DNA of 64,000 nucleotides from a virus: IMG/VR virus record IMGVR_UViG_3300029776_000155; one strand, 5' to 3'. Shown piece by piece: positions 59,335 to 64,000 of this stretch (position 1 is its first letter; each line of letters starts with the position of its first letter). The notes under the pieces were generated by a model. It saw only the letters and a program-made list of their open reading frames with translations, ran no database searches and was not told where the DNA came from. The position numbers and the translations under genes were made by a program.

Positions 59335-59406
59335 ACTCGGCTCGTCTATCGGAAAGGACATCTGCCTTTCGAGCAGAAAAGAATGGTTCAACTCCATTGC
59401 CGAGTG
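59335..59406 (+). tRNA. tRNA-Glu (TTC)
   Basis: Acceptor ACTCGGC/GCCGAGT, D-arm GTCT..GGAC, anticodon stem TCTGC/GCAGA with loop CTTTCGA, T-arm AATGG-TTCAACT-CCATT. Confidence 0.6.
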
Positions 59407-59621
59407 CAACAAGCCCGAAGTACAAGGGAACGAACATGCAGGTTATGCTGAGACAAGTCGATATGCAAGTAAACTAAGCCCTGTCTGGAATCGTTGGTCC
59501 AGGAGTGTGATACCGAGCTGTTGGCAGAATCGGTATGTCAGATGTCTTTATGGGAGTGTTCGATTCCTCCACCATCGCCGAAAGGGGGGATGGGTCGGTC
59601 AGGGAGATAAAGACATCATTT

Positions 59622-59693
59622 GCTCTTATAGCTCAGTGGCAGAGCGGATGACTGTTAATCATCAGGTCGGTGGTTCAAATCCATCTAAGGGCG
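59622..59693 (+). tRNA. tRNA-Asn (GTT)
   Basis: Acceptor GCTCTTA/TAAGGGC (one G-U pair), D-arm AGCTCAGTGGCAGAGC, anticodon loop CTGTTAA, T-arm GGTGG-TTCAAAT-CCATC. Confidence 0.7.
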
Positions 59694-59775
59694 CATTTGA
59701 CGAATAGAAGATTGTTATTGGATTAGCTTATTTTTCTTTCCGTGAAGCTGTGAAGTTGTGAAACTTCCAGCTATC

Positions 59776-59846
59776 TGGTTCATTAGCCAAGTGGTAAGGC
59801 AATGGTCTGCAAAACCATGAACGCAGGTTCGATTCCTGCATGAACC
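59776..59846 (+). tRNA. tRNA-Cys (GCA)
   Basis: Acceptor GGTTCAT/ATGAACC, anticodon stem ATGGT/ACCAT with loop CTGCAAA, T-arm GCAGG-TTCGATT-CCTGC. Confidence 0.7.
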
Positions 59847-60205
59847 TCTAAAAATGGGGAGCTGCAATGACTCCCCCAAAGATAACAACCATAGTGATGT
59901 ATGGTTGTGAAATCAAAATGACTGCGACTATTCGCAAAGTTGAACCAAAAGAGACATGACAGTTATAGCTGTCTGAAGGACAACGCAGATTGCAACTATG
60001 TTATCTCTTCGCTCTTTACTAAAATGATTCGACTTACCAGTAGGTTTAGTCATATTGCCTGCAAAGGTAAGTGAAATTTGCGATAAACTGCCATTTTGAA
60101 GAAAAACTGTTTAGGGTTAAGTGGAAGCCGGCCCCTGTGCAATTGCTGGAAACCCCAGTACAAACACTTATCCGGTCATGGTGGTTACAGTTGATCCACC
60201 ATTAT

Positions 60206-60278
60206 AGTGCATTAGTTCAGTGGTTAGAACGCTACACTGTCACTGTAGAGAACACGAGTTCGATTCTCGTATGCACTG
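60206..60278 (+). tRNA. tRNA-Asp (GTC)
   Basis: All arms fit canonical numbering. Acceptor AGTGCAT/ATGCACT, D GTTC..GAAC, anticodon loop CTGTCAC, T-arm ACGAG-TTCGATT-CTCGT. Confidence 0.75.
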
Positions 60279-60846
60279 CAAAAATACAACCATGCAGCCA
60301 ACTACTGCATGGAGGAAGATAAAAAATAAATCAATTGTTAAATCTACGGACAACCCATTTGCCTATAAAGTAGATTGTAGTACAAACCGCGAAACTGGCA
60401 GTAATTGACACTGCTAATGTCAAGTCCAGATTGATGTCGTAGTTAACATTAACATTTACATTAGTCGTAAAGTTGGCGTTAATGTTTGTATTACAACTAT
60501 TTATAGCAAACTTTCGAAGGAAAGCCGTTATCAACGGATTCATTTCAATCAGTTTTTAATCACAAAGATACGGCTTTTCTTCTTATTGCCCGTTTAAAAA
60601 CATTATTATGAAGCATTGAATAAACGTATCTTGTGGAGGAATTGGCTTTTAGGCTTACTGACAATCGTATTTATCACGTTGAAATTGTGTAATGTAATAA
60701 ATTGCTCATGCTGGTGGGTAGTCTTACCTCTTTGGGGAGGACGGAAACAAACTAATAATTGCCAGTGTCAAATTTTTAGACGCTTTGCTGCCTGGCAATT
60801 TCAACGATAAAAACGAAGGATGGTTCAATTAAAACGAAAGATAAAA

Positions 60847-61560
60847 ATGAAAAAGTACATTGGAACAAAACAGATTGAAGCAGAACCTATGACAATGGGC
60901 GAGGCTTATGAAAGAGGTTTATTACAAGTTGGCAGAGTGCCTGATGCAGAGTATGCAAAGCGCATGGGTTATCACGTTAAATATGCTGACGGGTACGAGA
61001 GTTGGTCGCCAGCGGAACCGTTTGAGGAGGCGTATAAACTCGCCGATACATCACTTGACCGTATGCAGATAGAAGCCGAAGAAGTCAATGGAAGATATGT
61101 AAAGTTAGCCGCTTTCATAGATTCAGGGAAAATGGATGAAGTCGTTAATGATATGTACAACAAGTGTTTACTGGAAATGCAGTGTTGTACAATGTTCGAC
61201 TATATACGGCTTCTTGATACTCGCATACAGCGTATGCAAGGTTCTGATGGTGCAAAAGTAATAAAGATGAATTTTGGTATGGCTATTATGGCTCTCAAAG
61301 CAGGTTTTCCAATTCGTAGAAGCGGTTGGAACGGAAAAGGATTAATGGTGTTCAAACAGGTTCCAGCACATATTGATAGTGATATTATCCCCAAGATGCA
61401 ATCTATTCCGCAATCAGCAAAAGACCTTATTCTGAAAGGTAAGGGATTTATTGACTATACAAGCCAGTGTCTTATCTATAATGAGAATACTGGACGCGCT
61501 GATTCATGGGTTCCGTCTATCAGTGATGTGTTTGCCGAAGATTGGGAGATTGTTTGTTGA
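60847..61560 (+). CDS. protein with C-terminal DUF2829 (Tad2-like) domain
   Basis: C-terminal about 100 aa: MNFGMAIMALKAGFPIRRSGWNGKGLMVFKQVP...DYTSQCLIYNENTG...WVPSISDVFAEDWEIV matches the DUF2829 signature (GWNGKG ... W.PS..D..AEDWE). Start set at MKKYIG. The N-terminal about 130 aa are unassigned. Confidence 0.6.
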   Translation: MKKYIGTKQIEAEPMTMGEAYERGLLQVGRVPDAEYAKRMGYHVKYADGYESWSPAEPFEEAYKLADTSLDRMQIEAEEVNGRYVKLAAFIDSGKMDEVVNDMYNKCLLEMQCCTMFDYIRLLDTRIQRMQGSDGAKVIKMNFGMAIMALKAGFPIRRSGWNGKGLMVFKQVPAHIDSDIIPKMQSIPQSAKDLILKGKGFIDYTSQCLIYNENTGRADSWVPSISDVFAEDWEIVC

Positions 61561-61563
61561 TGT

Positions 61564-61812
61564 ATGAAGTATTTAAAGATTCACAAGCTACTATGGTTTA
61601 TAATCGTAGTAGCTTTTACTCTTTTAGAGGGAGCCGTAATAGTGTTGTACTATATTATTTTCTTGATATGGAACTTTCGCTATCCCAAGGATTTATGGGC
61701 TGGATTCCATAGTGCTGAGCATGATTACGAAAACCACTGGGGAGGATATTCATACAAGGACAAAAACATTCTTGAAACGATTATTCGGAGATATAAATGT
61801 ACATGGTCATGA
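61564..61812 (+). CDS. small membrane protein
   Basis: 82 aa, two TM segments. Confidence 0.3.
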   Translation: MKYLKIHKLLWFIIVVAFTLLEGAVIVLYYIIFLIWNFRYPKDLWAGFHSAEHDYENHWGGYSYKDKNILETIIRRYKCTWS

Positions 61813-62000
61813 ATGTATTAGAGCATTATGTAACTGAGATTATAGGAAAACCATATTACCATGATTATGGCAGTGGCAATTTCAAATGGTGGCTCAAGGT
61901 GAAAGCTGTTTGCTATGGATGTGATTGTGAGACTACACTCATGTTTGACACAAAAGAGGAAGCAGACAGAGTTCAATTGGGCTATATGTTTTTATCATAA
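61797..62000 (+). CDS. hypothetical small protein
   Basis: 67-aa ORF. Confidence 0.25.
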   Translation: MYMVMNVLEHYVTEIIGKPYYHDYGSGNFKWWLKVKAVCYGCDCETTLMFDTKEEADRVQLGYMFLS

Positions 62001-62036
62001 TCAAATAAAATATGAAATTTATAACCCGAAGTAATT

Positions 62037-62513
62037 ATGCAACAAATTATCGAAGTAGAACATTGTGGGAATGATCATCTTGAACCTATATACTCAATTT
62101 GCGAAAATCCGATTCACGGATTTCCTAAGCCCAAAAGTGGAGGTTTGTGGACGTCACCAATAGATTCGGAATACAGTTGGAGAAAATGGTGTTTAAGTGA
62201 AGATTTCAATGTATGGCAGCTTGAAAAGAGTTTTAGATTGAAGGTAGACACAAGTCGATTACTTATCATTGATAGTTTGGATGATTTGATACAAAAAATG
62301 GTACATACGCATATCATGGAACTTGGTCAGTATGGACTATTTTGTATCAATTGGGGGCGATTGGCAAAAATGTATGATGGCATTTGGCTTACAGTTCGTG
62401 GAATGATGGAGACATGCTGCTCTTATCCATATTCTTTACATTGCTGGGATTGTGAAACCGTATTTCTTTTCAATGAAAAGCCAATCATCGAAGTATTAAC
62501 AAACAAAAAATGA
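62037..62513 (+). CDS. hypothetical protein
   Basis: 158-aa ORF, Cys/Trp-rich. Confidence 0.35.
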   Translation: MQQIIEVEHCGNDHLEPIYSICENPIHGFPKPKSGGLWTSPIDSEYSWRKWCLSEDFNVWQLEKSFRLKVDTSRLLIIDSLDDLIQKMVHTHIMELGQYGLFCINWGRLAKMYDGIWLTVRGMMETCCSYPYSLHCWDCETVFLFNEKPIIEVLTNKK

Positions 62514-62692
62514 TACAAAAATGGTATGAGGTTTCATGTGACCTATGCGGATATGGGCTTAATCATTACGCAGGTCTTAAACCGACCCCTACTGATTTGC
62601 GCAAAGACGGAATCAAAGTAGTAGTCAGAAATGGTAAAGTTCTTACGTTCTGTGAGGAATGTTATAACAAATATATGAAAGGAGACAGATAA
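62510..62692 (+). CDS. small zinc-ribbon protein
   Basis: 60 aa with CDLCG...CEEC. Confidence 0.3.
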   Translation: MIQKWYEVSCDLCGYGLNHYAGLKPTPTDLRKDGIKVVVRNGKVLTFCEECYNKYMKGDR

Positions 62693-62928
62693 TGACACAA
62701 GAAGAATATATCAAAATTCCTGCGCAAAACTTCGGTTTAGTGCAACGGAAATATAAGATGTCTCAAAAAGAAGCTGAAATGTTAGGCGTTGATTTGGTGA
62801 AGCAAAGTATAGCTGCTGAAATAGGTCGATACCTGCTTAACCAGGGATTGCTTAATTTTAAGCAAGAAGGAGACATCCTAATCGCTGATTTGTATGTAGT
62901 AAAGATACCGAAAGGAAATAATAAATGA
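62692..62928 (+). CDS. hypothetical small protein
   Basis: 78-aa ORF. Confidence 0.3.
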   Translation: MTQEEYIKIPAQNFGLVQRKYKMSQKEAEMLGVDLVKQSIAAEIGRYLLNQGLLNFKQEGDILIADLYVVKIPKGNNK

Positions 62929-63198
62929 CACAAAAAGAATTGCAAGACACTGTTATTGTGACCGGCTGGAAGTCTGCTTATATAGCTAAAGAAACAATGG
63001 TAAATCTCAGATGATGAGCATGATTATATTAGAGTAAAAGCTCGTCTTTGGGTTGCAAACTACTCTCAGATAAACGAGGAAGAAATGAAAGATTTTGTAA
63101 AAGGAAACGAATAAAAATCAAATTGATATGGTGGCTTATGCCACAATCATAACTTCTAAATCATTTGTAAGTATTATAAATCATTTATAAAATCAGCA

Positions 63199-63549
63199 AT
63201 GGAAAATAACAATGATATAAAACAGTCTCTTTATGATATACAGCCTGGAGACAAGGTATATTTTAGGAGCAATTATTTTTCTACAATATATACTGTAGAC
63301 CGTGTGACCCCAACTTTGATTATATGTAATAACACAAAGTTTCGTAAAAGCGATGGTAATAAAACGCCTGCTGAAAGATATAATTATAGCAGTATAGAAG
63401 TGCTTACTCCCGAATTATTAAATCAGCATCAGCAAAAAGTGATGCGGGCGAATTTAGTACGACAATTCAAAGAAATTCAGCCTGACAGATTGACTAACGA
63501 GCAATTGCAACAAATCATTCAAATAACTCAATTACCCAATTTCAGATGA
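63199..63549 (+). CDS. hypothetical protein
   Basis: 116-aa ORF. About 450 bp of non-coding sequence ending in a hairpin (gctccaaaaatcaatgatttttggagc) follows. Confidence 0.35.
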   Translation: MENNNDIKQSLYDIQPGDKVYFRSNYFSTIYTVDRVTPTLIICNNTKFRKSDGNKTPAERYNYSSIEVLTPELLNQHQQKVMRANLVRQFKEIQPDRLTNEQLQQIIQITQLPNFR

Positions 63550-64000
63550 AAATATTTAAAAAACTGAGAAAATGGTGTTACAGCACATTGGAGTTTGCCA
63601 GACATACATATTCTGATATTCATGGGCCGTATAAAAACAGGTCAGCACGAAGGGCCGCAAATAAAAAGAGATAAAATTCCATAAAAGCGCGGATTTATTC
63701 TTATCTTTGCGATATAAACAAGTGAGTCTATCCTACATTTATTAACTTATGATTGAAAATGTAGATAAATTGGAATTTTGGAATGTGCTACCAAAATGAT
63801 ACCAAGTGTATAATATACTGAATATCAATATCGTGCACGACCCTGAGGGTGTACGAAGCAAAAAAAGTAAATTGAAGAAAAGCTCCAAAAATCAATGATT
63901 TTTGGAGCTTTTTCTTTTATGAATCCCTACAAAATATAGAACTCACTGAAAACTTTTTATCTTTCATGATATTTTATAAATTCCGACTAAACAAAATGTA

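Noticed and set aside
59406-59622. Possible RNase P RNA or tmRNA.
   Set aside because: The motifs AGTGCAACAAG and GTTCGATTCC are present. However, no P4 pseudoknot or GGAAAGTCCGGGC-type core, no tag-peptide reading frame and no CCA-ending tRNA-like domain could be assembled. I treat the region only as an unexplained structured gap.
59182-59707. ORFs 59182-59412 (-) and 59507-59707 (+) in the tRNA cluster.
   Set aside because: They overlap the hand-folded tRNA-Glu and tRNA-Asn respectively. The region is non-coding RNA territory.
1-64000. CRISPR arrays, rRNA and insertion sequences with terminal inverted repeats.
   Set aside because: Scanned for regularly spaced direct repeats and transposase-like ORFs and found none. 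The only regular repeats are the iterons at 790-960, the 245-bp repeats and the 30-bp coding tandem repeat.

Overview
The window has two modules. Module 1 (about 1-34,400) is a Bacteroidales CTnDOT-like conjugative transposon. Its plus-strand end resembles a conjugative leading region. It carries an SSB-like gene, a cluster of about 12-bp palindromic iterons, a ParA-like gene (traA-like), a DUF3408 gene (traB-like), a long ParB-like nuclease-domain gene and several small ORFs. Three of these genes follow copies of an approximately 245-bp non-coding repeat. A long minus-strand block follows. It starts with an Xis-like HTH gene, an AAA_25 ATPase gene and a Toprim primase gene. The tra operon comes next: traE-like pilin paralogs, traF, traG (VirB4-like), traJ, traK, traL-like, traM, traN and traO. 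Two orphan DNA methyltransferases and several secreted or unknown proteins are embedded in the operon. A VirD4-like coupling protein follows. The block ends with a tyrosine integrase at 33210-34355. No relaxase is visible in the window. The clearest unusual feature is a mobile group II intron of about 2.5 kb. It has a recognisable GUGCG 5' end, a domain V and an ORF encoding a reverse transcriptase, maturase and HNH protein. It splits one traE-like (DUF4134) pilin gene into two in-frame exons. Module 2 (about 34,450-64,000) is a phage-like, strictly unidirectional array of roughly 60 small plus-strand genes with frequent start/stop overlaps, and most of these genes are hypothetical. It contains a 38-nt 3' tRNA fragment (att-like scar) at about 36.8 kb. 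A cluster of six tRNA genes (Met/Ile2-CAT, Val-GAC, Glu-TTC, Asn-GTT, Cys-GCA, Asp-GTC) lies at 58.7-60.3 kb. A 30-bp perfect tandem repeat of about 11 copies sits inside a 421-aa protein. A DUF2829 (Tad2-like) domain protein, a MazG-like protein, a HAD phosphatase-like protein, an RNase H-like protein, XRE/HTH regulators and acidic small proteins are also present. No capsid, terminase, CRISPR or rRNA was recognised.
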